The position numbers and the translations under genes were made by a program. 64,000 nucleotides of DNA from Mobula hypostoma (Eukaryota): contig NC_086108.1 of NCBI RefSeq assembly GCF_963921235.1, positions 101,806,001 through 101,870,000 on the forward strand. The letters run 5' to 3'. Below are positions 37,861-51,104 of this stretch, one piece after another. The stretch's first letter is position 1; each line of letters begins with the position of its first letter. The notes beneath the pieces were generated by a model that saw only the letters and a program-made list of their open reading frames with translations, did no database searches and had not been told where the DNA came from.

Positions 37861-38669
37861 TATATTACATAAAGTTCACGTATCTTCAGATAAACTTCCA
37901 GCACTTTTTAAATCTTCCAGGTGTTAGCAATTTTTCCATCTCAAATGCTTTTTTGCCCCTTTCAGTAAAACAATCAACCCCCTTGATTACCCTCACTCGA
38001 CTGTCTACCTGAAAGGAGGTGGAGAATCATGTACTTATGCATAATATTTCTTACAAAATGTTACAGGTATTAACCCTCAACAATAAAGATCAGTTGGACA
38101 CAGAGATAATCTTTGTTGACTGACAAATACCTTTATTGTTTCAGTTCACAACAAACACATGAATTTGTAAAATAAGTGCCTGTGTGCACACCCTCTGGTT
38201 TCCCTGGCACTTCCTGAACGGACAAAGAATAGAAAAGATAACACCTGGGAGCAGGAGGTTAGGCTGGCCGGTCTTTTCCCTTGATCCATGTGTAATGTCC
38301 ATGTTTCTGACCTGGCATTGTCAAAGTAATTGTCATTGTTAATCATCAAATGAAATAAAATAGTTAAAGTAACTGGGTCCAAAACACACACTTTAAAGAG
38401 ATGCCGTGAAATGAGGGGGATTAGGGAGGCAAGTGGCAGAGGTGACATTGTGGGAAACAAAGGGAGGAGGAAAATTGAATGTGGGGTTGAAGGGATGTGA
38501 GTACACTGTTGTGCTGAGAGTGACCATCCCTGGACTGTGTACTCGGCCTGTTGGCTCCCTGAGGCTGCATGAGACAGAGACCTTGAGGGACATTCAGTTA
38601 GATCATGTTCCCAGCTGTAAACAGAATCTATACTAATCAAATATGTGTATTTACAAAGCATCTGATTGC

Positions 38670-39050
38670 TCTGTTTTTCCAAGAGGACCACAACCTTGTC
38701 GTGGTTTGGAGACTTGGCTGCTTCAATGACCCAGAGAGCTGTGTTGGCTGGAGTCAGGGCTTTATGGGTCAGCCATGCCAAATCAGTCAAAGGGTAGAGG
38801 CCAGACCAACAGTTGTCCACTGGTCCTCCAGGTTTGGGGCTTCAGCTCAGGGCTAACAACCTTGACCCATAAAATAAAATGGTAACTGAAATAGCAATAA
38901 ATAATGCTTCTACATCTGAGTGCGACAGTATTCCTGAGTCTCAACCGGGGACTCATGACTGACAGTAATGAAAACTGACATGATGAAGGAGTTCTGAACA
39001 TCGCCAGAGATGGAGGACCTTCATTGCTGCTCGGTATTGTAGCCCTATAT
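38670..39050 (+). mobile_element. Probable RTE-clade 5' region fragment
   Basis: CAACCTTGTCGTGGTTTGGAG..CAATGACCCAGAGAGCT..GGGCTAACAACCTTGAC resembles RTE 5'UTRs (from recall, not searched). Confidence 0.35.
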
Positions 39051-39129
39051 GCTGAGTAATTGCTTTTTTGAAGCATCTCAATGTCCTCAATTTAAGTTCT
39101 GTGACCACATACTTATATATCTTGTCATT

Positions 39130-42100
39130 TAGACCATAAGATATAGCAGCAGAAGTGGGCCATTTGAGCCTTTGAGTCTGCTCAGCCATTTCCTCATGAC
39201 TAACCCACTTTTCCTCTCAGCTGCAAAATCCTGCCTTCTCCCCAAATCCCAACATGCCTTGGCCAATCAAGAATCTATCAACCTCTGCCTTAAATGTTCG
39301 TAAAGACTTAGTTTCCATAGCTGCCTGTGGCAACGAAGTGCATAGATTCACCATTCTCTGGCTAAAGAAATTCTTCCTCATTTCCATTCTAAAGCATTCC
39401 CTCTCTATTCTGATGCTATGTCCTCTGATCTTAGACTCTTCCACCAAAGAAAATATCCTCTCCTCATCCACTCTATTCAGATTTTTCACCATTCAATGCA
39501 TTTCAATTAGGTCATCCCCCATTCTTCTGAATTCTGGTGAATACAGGCCCAGAGCCTTCACATGTTCTTTATCCAACAAGCTGTTCAGTCCTGAAATAAT
39601 TTTCGTGAACCTCCTTTGAACCCTCTCCATTGTCACTATATCCTTTCTAAGACAGCAGGTCCAAAACTGTTGCAATACTCGAAGAGAGACCTCACTGGTG
39701 TTTTATAAAGCCTCGACATTATCCTTACTTTTATTTTCTAGCCCTCTTGAAATGAATGCTAGTATTAGACCATAAGATATATGAGCGGAATTAGGCTATT
39801 CAGCCCATCGAATCTGTCCGCCACTCCATCATGGCTGATCTCAGATCTCACTCAACACTACAAACCTGCCTTCTCACCATATCCTTTGATACCCTGATTG
39901 AGCAAGAAACTACCCACTTCCACCTATGGACTTGGCCCCAGCCAGAGCATTCCACAGATTCACAACTCTCTAGTTAAAAAAAAATTCCTCCTTACCTCTG
40001 TTGTAAAAGTCGCCCCTCAATTTTGAGGCTGTGCCCTCTAGTTCTGGATACCCCACCATAGGAAACATCCTCTTCCCATCCATGCTATCTAGTCCTTTCA
40101 ACATTCAGTAGGTTTCAATGAGATCTCCCTCACATTCTTCTAAACTCCAGTGAGTACAGGCCCAAAGTACCAGACGCTTCTCATATGTTAAGCCCTTTAT
40201 TTATTCCTGGAATCATCTTTGTGAACCTGCTCTGGTGTCTCTCCAATGACAAAACACCCTTTCTGAGATATGGGGCCCAGAACTTTTGACAATACTCCAA
40301 GTGCAGCCTGACCAGTGTCTTATAAAGCCCAAACATTATCTCCTTGTTGATATATTCTATTCCCCTAGAAATAAATGCCAACATTCCATTTGCCTGCTTT
40401 ACCACAGATTAAACCTGGAAATTAACCTTCTGGGAGTCTAGCACTAGGATTTCTATATCTTTCTCCTTAATGACTTTTTTTTAGTTATCTTCTGATTTTT
40501 AAAAGCTTCCCAATTCCCTAATTTCCCACTAATTTTTACTCTGTGATATGCCCTCCCTTTGGCTTTTATGTTGGCTTTGACTTCTCTTGTTAGCTATGGT
40601 TGTGTCATCTTGCCTTGAGAATATTTCTTCCTTTTTAGGATTTATATATCTTGTGCCTTCTGTTACGAGAATACACATAAAATTAAGATGTTTGCTGGCC
40701 TGGGCCAGCATCAGTGGCATCAGCAGTTGGTCTGCCACCTGCCCTCAGGGGAAGGAGAGATAAGGAACAATGGAGCAGCGTCTGGAGATGTGTAATGAAG
40801 GGACGTGGGAGAGAGAGCTGTCTGGAGCGGCTCCCCCTTTGAACCCTGAACTGTTTGAAGTGATGGACAGGCGATACCCCAGCAGGGGGATAAAAAGGGA
40901 CAGGTTCGCCAAGACAGGAACACACACCACCCGAGGTAACAAGACCCTGGAAGCGGTGCGCCTCTCACGAGTGGGTGAGAAGTATCAGACAACGACAAGG
41001 GTGAAAAGGTACGATCAGCGGGAACCCGGTGTGTGTCCGCCCTTGCCTGGGTGCCGGGTTCACTGCAGAGGATCGACCGCATCTGGAGGAGGGGTCACAG
41101 TCGGTGACCTCAGGTGACATCACCAAGGACCCGCCCAAAAGTTGCTTGTGAGCCATCCCGCCGGTCTGTGAGTGAAGCCGTTCTGAATGATCAGTTGTTC
41201 CTGTTCTCTCTGTCTCTCTTCCCCCACCTTGTCCATCGCCATGGCAACGATTACTGCGAACTGAACTACTAACTGGACTGAACTTTGAGTCATTTTGAAA
41301 TTGGTCATTTACCCCTAGACAACGATAGAGCTTGATTGATGCTGTTATCTTACTTCTGTGCACATGTGTGTTTATCATCACTGAACTGTTGCATTTATTA
41401 TCCTTTCGATTACTGTGTTGCTTGTTTCTTTAATAAAACTTTCTTAGTTCTAGTACTCCAGACTCCAACCGAGTGATCCATTTCTGCTGGTTTGGCAACC
41501 CAGTTACGGGGTACGTAACACTTCTGAATTGCTTCCAGAAATTTCAGCCATTGCTGATTTGCCAACATCCCTGCCAGTGTTATTTACCATAAATTTTGGT
41601 CATTTCCTCTCTCATGCCCCTGTAATATGTTTTACTCCACTGTAATACTGACACATCTGACTTTAGCTTCTCCTTCTCAAATTTCAGGGTGAATTCGATG
41701 ATATTATGATCACTTGCCCCAAAGGGTTCTTTTATCTTAAGCTCCATAATCAATTTTGGTTCATTGCACAATACCCAATCCAGAATAGCTGGTTCCCAAC
41801 TGGGATCAACTACGAGCTGCTCTGAAAAGCAAATTCATAGGGATTCTAGAAATTTTCCCTCTCAGGATCCAGTATCAAACTAATTTTCCCAATCTATCTG
41901 CATATTGAAATTCCTCATGGTCCTTGTAACATTGCCCTTTTGTATTTTTGTATTGCATTTTCCATCTCCTAATCAAGTTTGTACACAGCACTTCAACACC
42001 TTCCAACCCTATGCTACTTCCTTCTAATGACTTAATTTCATTTTTTTAGCAATGGAACCATGCCATCTTCTCTGTGTACTTGCCTACCTGTGTCCTTAGA

Positions 42101-42550
42101 CATTAAGATGGTAGCTGTAATTTTCTTTTAGCCATGATTCAGTGATGCCTGAAAAATCATACATCCCAGTCTGTAACTGTTTCAAGTTCTTCTATATTAT
42201 TCCTTCCAATATTAATACCTTCCAATAATTTACCCACTACTGATATCATGCTCACCGGCCTACAATTTTCTAGATTATTCTTAGAGCCTTTCTTAAACAA
42301 TGGAACAATATTCAATCCTCCAGTATCACCCCAGTGGCTAAGTATGGTTTAAATAACTCTGCCAGGGCCCCTGTAATTTCTGCGCTAGCCTCACACCAGC
42401 TCCAATAGGCACCTTATCAAGCCTTGGGAATTTATCCATCCAAATTCAGCTCAGGATTGCCAACGCCTCCTCCTCTGTAATGAGGACACAGTCCATGACC
42501 TCACTACTCTTTTGTCTCGGGTCTATACTCTGAGTATGTCTCCCAGAGAT
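39130..42550 (-). mobile_element. Cluster of degraded CR1 fragments
   Basis: ORFs 39217-39675, 40181-40405 and 41580-41771 (SDHN). Confidence 0.8.
40661..41520 (+). mobile_element. Intact 860-bp solo LTR
   Basis: Perfect TGTTACG...CGTAACA ends; 4-bp TSD CTTC (40657-40660, 41521-41524); GATAAAA TATA-like at ~40889; AATAAA at ~41432. Confidence 0.92.
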
Positions 42551-42879
42551 TGGCTAACAGACAGAAATTAAACACTAGGAATAAATGGCAGCTCAAAATT
42601 GGGCTGAACTTTAAGGCGATGAGCCAATGAATAATTCAAACAACACTGGCAACAGCCAGCTTCATGACAAGACAAACTAAGGGTGTGGACCTGAAGAAAT
42701 ATAACAGGTTGGAGCTGATCTGGACCTGACAGAGTGAAAGAAGATCAACAATCAATCAACACTGGAAAACATTCTTCCCATTCAGTTCTTAACAAAGTCT
42801 TTGTCAATACTCGCTCAGAAGACTCCACAGGCCATTAACTTCACATCCTTGTGTGTGGTTTGCAGGATAAATAAATAGT

Positions 42880-43135
42880 ATGGCATGTGGCCAAGTGGTT
42901 AAGGTATTCGTCTAGTGATTTGAAGATCGCTGGTTCGAGCCTTGGCTGAGGCAGTGTGTGTGTCCTTGAGCAAGGCACTTAACCACACATTGCTGTGCGA
43001 CAACTCTGGTGCCAAGCTGCATGGGTCCTAATGCCCTTCCCTTGGACAACATTGGTGGAGTGGAGAGGGGAGAGTTGCAGCATGGGCAACTGCTGGTCTT
43101 CCATCCATGGTCTCATGAGACTAACGGATGCCTAT
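42880..43135 (+). mobile_element. tRNA-derived SINE with CORE-like domain
   Basis: A box TGGCCAAGTGG; B box GGTTCGAGC; then GTGTCCTTGAGCAAGGCACTTAACC. Confidence 0.75.
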
Positions 43136-43139
43136 AAGT

Positions 43140-44220
43140 AGTACGGAAAGCAAATGCAATGTTAGCATTGATTTTGAAAGGACAAGAATATAAATGCAAG
43201 GATGTACAGTCGTCTCTGATTAACTGGACTCTGAAAACTCACATTTGCTCCTCAATCACATTTTACTTTCTTACGCACAAGGAAAACAGCAAGCCTCTTG
43301 TCACCACACTGTTCTGAAGTTTGAGCAAAGAAATGTCATTTTTACACAGAAATCAAATGAGGACACAGATTGGTAACCTTCTGTACAGTCAGCTTCCTAA
43401 TTTGCATTATCAGTCACCAATCACACTGTGGCAACACACACAATATGCTGGAGGAACTCAGCAGGTCAGGCAGCACCCATGGAAACGAGTAACCAATAGA
43501 TGTTTCTGGCCAATAGCTTTTATTACGACTTCATCATGCCAAATGGCGCCAGTCCCCTGCTGTGCAAAGGGAAATTATGTTCATCAAAGATTTCTCTTCA
43601 GAGGCCTTTCTTGCATAGGTTGACTGCACATTATCTGTAAACTCTCCTTGCCTGGACATTGCTTGCTGCAACTTCCATAGTGCTGCTAAAGCTATATAAG
43701 GTGTTGGTCGGACCATATGTCAATATTATGACCATATTATGAGCAATTTTTGGCCCTGTATCTAAGGAAAGATGGCTTGGTCTTGGAGAGGTCTAGAAAT
43801 GGTTCACAAGAATGATTTCAGGAATGAAAAGCTTCATGTATGAGGAACATTTGATGGTTCTGGGCCTGTACTTGATGTACAGAAGGATGAAGGAGATCTT
43901 ATTGAAACCTACCGGATACTGACTAATCTGAATAGAGTGGATGTGGCGAAGATGCTTCCATTAGTAGGAGAGTACAAGATCTGAGGGCACAGCATCTCAA
44001 TAAAGAGTCTTCTCTTTAAAACTGAGATGAGGAGGAAAGGTGGGAGTGGTCAAGTCATTGGATCCTTTCAAGAGATTGACATGCCTTTGATTGGGAAAGA
44101 ATTTAACGGTTCTGGGAGAAAGCAGGAGAATAAACTTTAAAAATGCCAACCACAATTGAATGGTGGAGCAGATTAACGGGCCAAATGGTCTAATTTTGCT
44201 CCAGTACCTTTTGGTCTTAA
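43140..44220 (+). mobile_element. Degraded CR1 3' fragment interrupted at ~43207-43680
   Basis: KANAMLA..EYKCKDV continues as ..LKLYKVLV at ~43681. Confidence 0.65.
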
Positions 44221-45370
44221 TGCTCATTCAAACTGAAAGCACTGTCCATTCTTCTGTTGTGGGATGACCTTTCTATTACTTTATTTCTCTTATCACAACA
44301 ACCTGTTGTAAAGTTGGTTTCTTTCTATCATATTTTCCAAAGGGTTAGCTGTTAACCACATGTTTATATCTTAAAACAATCGTGAATTGCAAGTAAATTT
44401 TAAAGAGCTATAATAAATCTTAATAAATCATAATCAGGTTTATTATCATGAACATACAGCATGAAATGTGTTAATTTGTGGCAGTAGTACAGTGCAAAGC
44501 ATAAAATATATGATGAATGACAATAAGAAATACGGTATCTGCATTGCTAACAGAGAGTAAACATATTAAGCTGGTGTCTGGACTTGTTTTCAGACTGCTG
44601 ATAGATTTTTAGTATTTAGCCTGTTTTTGAAATTTGATTTTGAATATTTTTGTCAGACTTCCTTGACTTCACTTCTCAAATTCTGTCCTGGATTCAACTT
44701 CATAACTGAGTAGTTTTAACAATATGGACTGTAACCCTCTTGCTCAAACCACCTATTAGTCTGCAGAGAATTTCCTATGTGACATAGGAGGCCATTCTTC
44801 AAATCCATACTGGCACTCAGAGCAATCCTGTCAGTTCCATTAGTCAACTTCAGAATCAGAATCAGGGTTATTACCACTGCCTTATGTCATGAAATTCTCT
44901 ATACAAGAGATTCTGAAGATGTTCTAATGAAAGGTCTCAGCCTGAAACGTTGAATCCATTGACGCTGCCTGACCTGCTGATTTTCTTCAGCGTTTTGTGT
45001 GTATTGTAGTGAAATTAGTTGTTCAGCATCATTGCATGTTACATATTCTCTTTCACAAGCCCTTATCCATCTTAGACTAGGTTGACATTGGAGATTTCAA
45101 TGCAAATTTCAAGCTTGACAAAAACGGGTTGTACGCTGAAGGAAGAAGTTCATCCTGACATAATGATAAGGATGCTGAGGAATTTTGAGGTGAGGTGATG
45201 TACCCAAGTGTCTAGGGAAAGAGTAGGGGGTTGGGAGGTGGGGGTAAATGTGTTCAGACAGATTACTTAGAAATGGTTTAATGCACACAAAATGCTGGAG
45301 GAACTCAGCAGGACAGACAGCATCTATGGAAAAGAGGTAATGGTTGACTTAGAGTTCAAGCTGTAGATGG

Positions 45371-45372
<2 letters not shown>

Positions 45373-45402
<30 letters not shown>
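45373..45402. repeat. (GT)15 microsatellite
   Basis: Direct observation. Confidence 0.95.
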
Positions 45403-45404
<2 letters not shown>

Positions 45405-46264
45405 CTTACTATTATGAATAAGGTCAAGGTCAGGTTTAGACTTCTTCAAAGAAAAGTGAACTGGATATTACAGGAAAGAAAGGCAACTTTAAGTCAAGAA
45501 ATATAGGTATTAGTGATAGCCAGAATCTTGAGTGCACCTGTATGAGAGAGATTTCTTGTTTTGAGAAACATAAATTTATGTCTCACATACTACCTGTGAT
45601 CAATTAACTGCTGGTGTATATGGAAACTTCTGTTTGGTAATGTTCTGCAATAAATTGAAATTCAAAATTTGAATTGTATGGTGTGGTCTCGAGTGTAAGG
45701 TTTGTCAATTCAGCTGATATTTAACCTAACTCAAGACACATTTGTGACTACAACAAGCCACTAGCCATTTAGGTATATTGGTTACAAGCACAATAAATTA
45801 TTAAATAAATTGCATGGTATACAAAGTAGAGATACTCAATAATAAATTAGAATCACAGTCTATTGCTCAGAGGCTCGCCCTCAGAGACTGTGGCATGAAT
45901 TTCTTTCCCCCAATGACTAAAGGCTCTTTTTCCTTTGTTTGCATTAACTTGTTATCACTCCCTCTAATCCTAAACTTTGTGCACTTTATCTCTCTGACAT
46001 AGACTGCCAAGTCACAGTGTGCCTTCATCCTCACTCTCTGACCTTTCACGTAGCTCCTGGCTTGATTGCTGGAGTTGGCTGCTTGTAAGGAAAAGCCTCA
46101 AGATTATGATGGTAACAAGAACAGAACACCTAAATACTGATCAGTACTGGTACCATCCATAGAGAGGAAAGAAAAGTCTAGTTCAATAGATTTCCAGCAA
46201 TTGAGAGCCAGGATGATTTGTTGGATGTGGATGCTCATGGGGTGATAGTAAAGATGAATGGGTA

Positions 46265-48350
46265 GTGGCTGTGGATGCCAAGTCACTGGGTGTATTTAAG
46301 GCAGAGAAAGATAGATTCTTGATTAGCCAGGGTATCAAAGGGTATGGGGTGAAAGCAGGAGAGTGGGGATGACTGGAAGAATTCGATCAGCCCATGATTG
46401 AATGGTGGAGCAGACTTGATGAGACAAATGGCCTACTTCTGCTCCTATATCTTTGGGCCTTATGGTCTTATTTGATCAGAAGAGCCAGTCATCAGAATAT
46501 GATAGATTTCACAATGCAGTTTGAGAGAGTGAGGTATTAGTAGGTACCAGTATTACAGTGGAGTAAAAGGAATTACAGAGGCATGAGTGAGGTGCTGGCC
46601 AATGTTGATTGGAATGGGAAACGAGCATAAATGATGGCAGAACAGCACTGGCTGGAGTTTCTGGGGGCAACTCAGAAGGCGCAGGATAGATATATCTCAA
46701 AGGTGAAGAACTATTCTAAAGGGAGAATGAGGCAACTGTAGCTGACAAAGGAAGAGTGAGCATAAAATATCAGAAAAATTAGTGGGAAAATAGAGGAATG
46801 GGAAGCATTTAAAAACCAACAGAAGGCAAAGTGAAAAGCTATAAGGAGAGAAACAATGAAATATGAAGGCATACTTGCCAATCATATAAAAGAGGATACC
46901 ACATTTTTTTTCAGATATATAATGAATTTGAAGAGGTGAGAGCAGATATCAGACCATGAGAAGATCCAGGGTTCTGAAAGGGGTAGCTGAACAGATTATG
47001 GAATAAATAAATAATAATGATCTTTCAAAAATCATTAGATTCTGGAATTGTTCCAGAGGAATGGAAAATTGCAAATGCCACTCCAATCTTCAACAAGGTA
47101 GGGAGACAGAAGAAAGGAAATGATAGGCCGGTTTGCCTGACTTCAGTGATTGGGAATCTATTGAAGTCCACTATTAACGATGAGGCTTTGGGGCACCTAG
47201 AGGCACAAGATAAAGTAGGCCAAAGTTAGCATGGTTTATTGAAGAGGTAATATTGCCTGACAAACTTGATGGAATTCTTTGAGGAAATAACAAGTAGGAT
47301 AGACAAAGGAGAGTCAGTGGATGTTGTTTAATTGGATTTTCAGAAGGTCTTTGACAAGGTGCCGCACGTGAGGCTGCTTAACAAGATATGAGCCCACGGT
47401 ATTACAAGATATGAGCCCGGGAAAGATAATAACATGGATAGAGGATTGGATGATTGTCAAACGGCAAAGAGGGGGACTTAAAGGATCCTTCTTCCAGTTG
47501 GCAGCTGGTACTTGCGTTTTTCTACAGAGGTCAGTGTTGGGACTGATTCTTTGCAGATTATGTGAATGATTTGGATGAAGGAATTGATATCTTCGTGGCT
47601 GTTTACAGACAATACGAAGTTAGGTGGAGAGACAGGTAGTGTTGAGGAAGTAAGATGTCTGCAGAAGGGCTTAGACAGATACGGGGTATGGGCTAAGAAC
47701 TGGCCGATGGAACATTGTGTCGGGAAGTGTATGGACATGGCACGTTGGCAGAGGGAATAAATCGTGAACATTTTCTAAATGCAGGAAGTTAAAAAATCAA
47801 AGCTGCAAAGGGACTTGGGACTCATTGTGTAAGGTTCCCTAAAGGTTAATTTGCAAGTAACGTCCTTACTTGTGGTAAGGAAGGCAAATGCAATATTAGC
47901 ATTTATTTCGAGAGGACAAGAATATAAGATCAAAGATATAATGCTGAGTCTTTATAAGGCATTGGTCAGACCAGACTTGAGAGTATTGTGAGCCCTTAAC
48001 TTAGAAAAGTTGTGCTGGCATTGGAGAGTGTCCAGAGGAGGCTCATGAGAATGATTCCAAGAAGGAAAGTATTAACATACGGGGAACATTTGATAGCTCT
48101 GGTCCTGTACACACTGGAGTTCAGCAGAACGTTGGGGGAAGCTCATTGTAGCTTATAAATATTGAAAAGCATAGGTAGGATGGATATGGCGAAGTTGTTT
48201 CCTATAGTGGTTGTGTCTAGGTCAGAGGGCACAGGTTCAGAATAGAGGGAAATCCATTTCGAACAGAGATGAGAAGGAAATTCTTTAGCCAGAGGATGGT
48301 GAATCTGTGGAATTCATTGTCGCAAATGGCTGTGGAGGTCAAGTCAGTGA
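46265..48350 (+). mobile_element. Degraded CR1 fragments
   Basis: 3' end 46265-46470; ORF 47017-47229 (PEEWKIANATP); DFQKVFDK; C-terminus to ~48350. Confidence 0.8.
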
Positions 48351-48459
48351 GTTTGACTTTGCACTAAAACATACTCAGTTTTGTTAATCCTTTCTTCTAA
48401 AAATTATGATTATGTTTAATTTGTGAATGCTGCTCATATGATGTTATGGGTATGTGTTT

Positions 48460-49885
48460 CTGCTAAAATGAAAATCCATGAGCCAGTCCTCATTGGAGGA
48501 TCAGAGTTGGAGAGGGTCAATAACTTTAAATTCCTGGGTGTCTCTGTCACTGTGGACCTGTCCTGGACCCATCATATAAATATAAATGCAAACAAAACAA
48601 GACAGCACCTCTGCTTCCTTAGGAGTCTGTGGAGATTTGCCAGGACATCAAAAGCTTTGACAAACTTCTATAGAAGTTTAGAAGGAAGTGTATTGACTAG
48701 CTGCATTATGGAAACACCAATGCCTTAGACTGGAAAATCCTACAAAAGCTGCTGAATTTGGCTCAGTACATTACAGGTGAAGTCCTCCAAACAATTGAAC
48801 ACATCTGCATGAAACACTATCAAGGAAAGCAGCATCCATTATCAAAGATACCCACCACCCAGGCCACGCTCTTTCCTCACTGCTGCCATCAGGCAGAAGG
48901 TACAGGTGCCTCAGAACTGACCATCATGTTCAAGAACAATTGCTACTCCTCAACCAGCAGGCTCTTGAACAAAGGAGGGTAAGTACACTCATCTATTGAA
49001 ATGTTCCCACAGCAAATAATCTTACTACTAGGACTCTTTATCTTTTTATTTTAATGCTTTAATTATATTGTTATTTATTTACATTTGCATTTGCACAGTT
49101 TGTTGTCTTCTGTGCTCTACTTGATCCTTCACTGACCCTGTTTGCAGTTACTATCATATCAGTTTGCTGAGTATGCCCATATGATAAAGAATGTCAGTGT
49201 TGTATGTGGTGATAAATGTACCCCAATAATAAAATTTACTTCGAACTTTGAACTTTGAGCTAAGTTTTTCATTGCAGTGATCCCTGGCACTGTAAAATTC
49301 AAAAGTACTCAAATACCCTCAAAAACTACTATAGATGTACCGTGGAGAGCACTTTTTCCTTGGGATTAATAAAGTATATCTATCTATCTATTCTGACAGG
49401 CTGCATCACTGTCTGGTATGGTGGGGGGGGGGCGGGTTACTGCACAGGACTGAAAGAAGCTGCAGTAGTCAGCTCCATCTTGGGTACTAGCCTACGAAGT
49501 ACCCAGGACATCTTCAGGGAACAGTGTCTCAGTAAGGTAGCGTCCATTATTAAGGACCTCCAGCACCCAGGGCATGCCCTTTTCTCACTGTTACCATCAG
49601 GTAGGAGGTACAGAAGCCTGAAGGCACACACTCAGCAATTCAGGAACAGCATCTTCCCCTCTGCCATCCAATTCCTAAATGGACATTGAACCCTTGGACA
49701 CTACCTCACTTTTTTAAAAAATACAGTATTTCTCTTTTTTGCACATTTTTTAAATCCATTCAGTATACATTTACAGTAATTTATTTATTATTCTTATTAT
49801 TTTCATTTTATTGATTCTTTTTGTTTCTATATTATGTATTGCATTGAACTGCTGCTGCTAAGTTAACAAATTGCCGGACACAAAG
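48460..49885 (+). mobile_element. Two Rex1/Babar 3' fragments (48460-49258, 49310-49885)
   Basis: ERVNNFKFLGV..DLSW and ILTGCITVWYG..HPGHALFSLLPSGRRYRS; TTTGAAC tail. Confidence 0.85.
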
Positions 49886-50469
49886 CCAGGATCAGACAGA
49901 GCAGGCCCACTGTCTCAGCCTCAGTTCAGCCCTTAGCGGAGTAAACTTTGCTGAACACCGAGCAGAACTGAACCAACCCTCGCCTCTGATCCCGACACCC
50001 TGCCTCTCCAGTTCCTATGGCCCAGCATTTAAAATGGTCCAAACATTGGGTCATTCCTCGCACTAGGACCAGAGCCCTCTTGCATCAATGCTCTCTAACC
50101 CTAGACCCCACTGCCACATTTCAGTCCGTGTACATAGATCAATCAATCTCACTCTTGGTTTATGAGGAAGGACCCTGAAACTGCCTTTCCTCCACTGTGA
50201 CTTTTCTCCACTCCACTTGCCTCAACTCCGTCTCAAATGTGCCTCAACTTTTCCTTGCAAATGCACTCTTCGACCTTCAACTCAGCCTCGTCTTCACTTG
50301 CCTCTTCATTGTTTGCGGTGATCAGCAAACTTAATTTTTTTCCAGAAGAGTGTTATTAATAAAGTATTTAGTTGCATTTCTTCTTTTCTGAGCCACCTGG
50401 AAGTTGTCATTCACCATCAATAGTGCCATCTTCAACTGAAAGTTTCCTGCTAATTGCTACACTTCCTGC

Positions 50470-51100
50470 CATAATATCAAAGGTTCAAAGGTCGAATTTA
50501 ATATCAGAGAAATGTATACAATATATATGCTGAAATGCTTTTTCTTCACAAGCATCCACAAAAACAGAGAAGTGCCCCAAAGAATGAATGACAGTGAAAC
50601 ATGAGAACCCCAAAGTTCCCCCCCAGCTCCCCCCTCTCGTGCGTAAGTGGCAGCAAGCAATGATCCTTCCTCCCCCTGCAAGCAAAAAAAACACACATCG
50701 ATACTGTCACCGAGCCCAAGCGTGTGCTAAACAATAGCAAAGACACAGACCAAAGTTACCCCAAAGGTTTCGCATTTCATGACATTTGGCAAACTACAGG
50801 TTCTCTCTCTCCCTGTCCCGCATTTTCACAGTGAGCGGGAGACATAACAACAACCTAAGCTTAAGCTTCCGAACATGATCGAGACTCTCAGGCTAAACCC
50901 TTGGCATGTCGAATAACGGCCAATCGAGCAACCCCGAGAATGGGTCCCATTCCCGCAAAGAACCAAAGCCTGCGTGTAACTCCAGGTCAGGGTCTTCAAA
51001 AGAGACCTGAAAGGGAAAAATGAAGATATTAAAGGTAGAAACAGAGCTGTTTCAAAGATGCAAAGGAGTCACCGTTAAGCGCCATTAACCCTCCTAAGCT
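50470..51100 (-). repeat. Unclassified non-coding interspersed repeat
   Basis: Minus-strand ATTAAA plus TTTGAAC-like tail at 50476-50502; no coding signal. Confidence 0.35.
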
Positions 51101-51104
51101 GGCA

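Noticed and set aside
38146..38820. 224-aa minus-strand ORF
   Set aside because: It spans a repeat fragment and unrelated sequence and has no recognisable domain
42880..42950. tRNA gene
   Set aside because: A/B boxes run into a CORE-like SINE body and the acceptor stem is not intact
49342..49689. Host gene fragment with ITVWYG motif
   Set aside because: This is the C-terminal region of a Rex1/Babar RT and is repeated several times in the window
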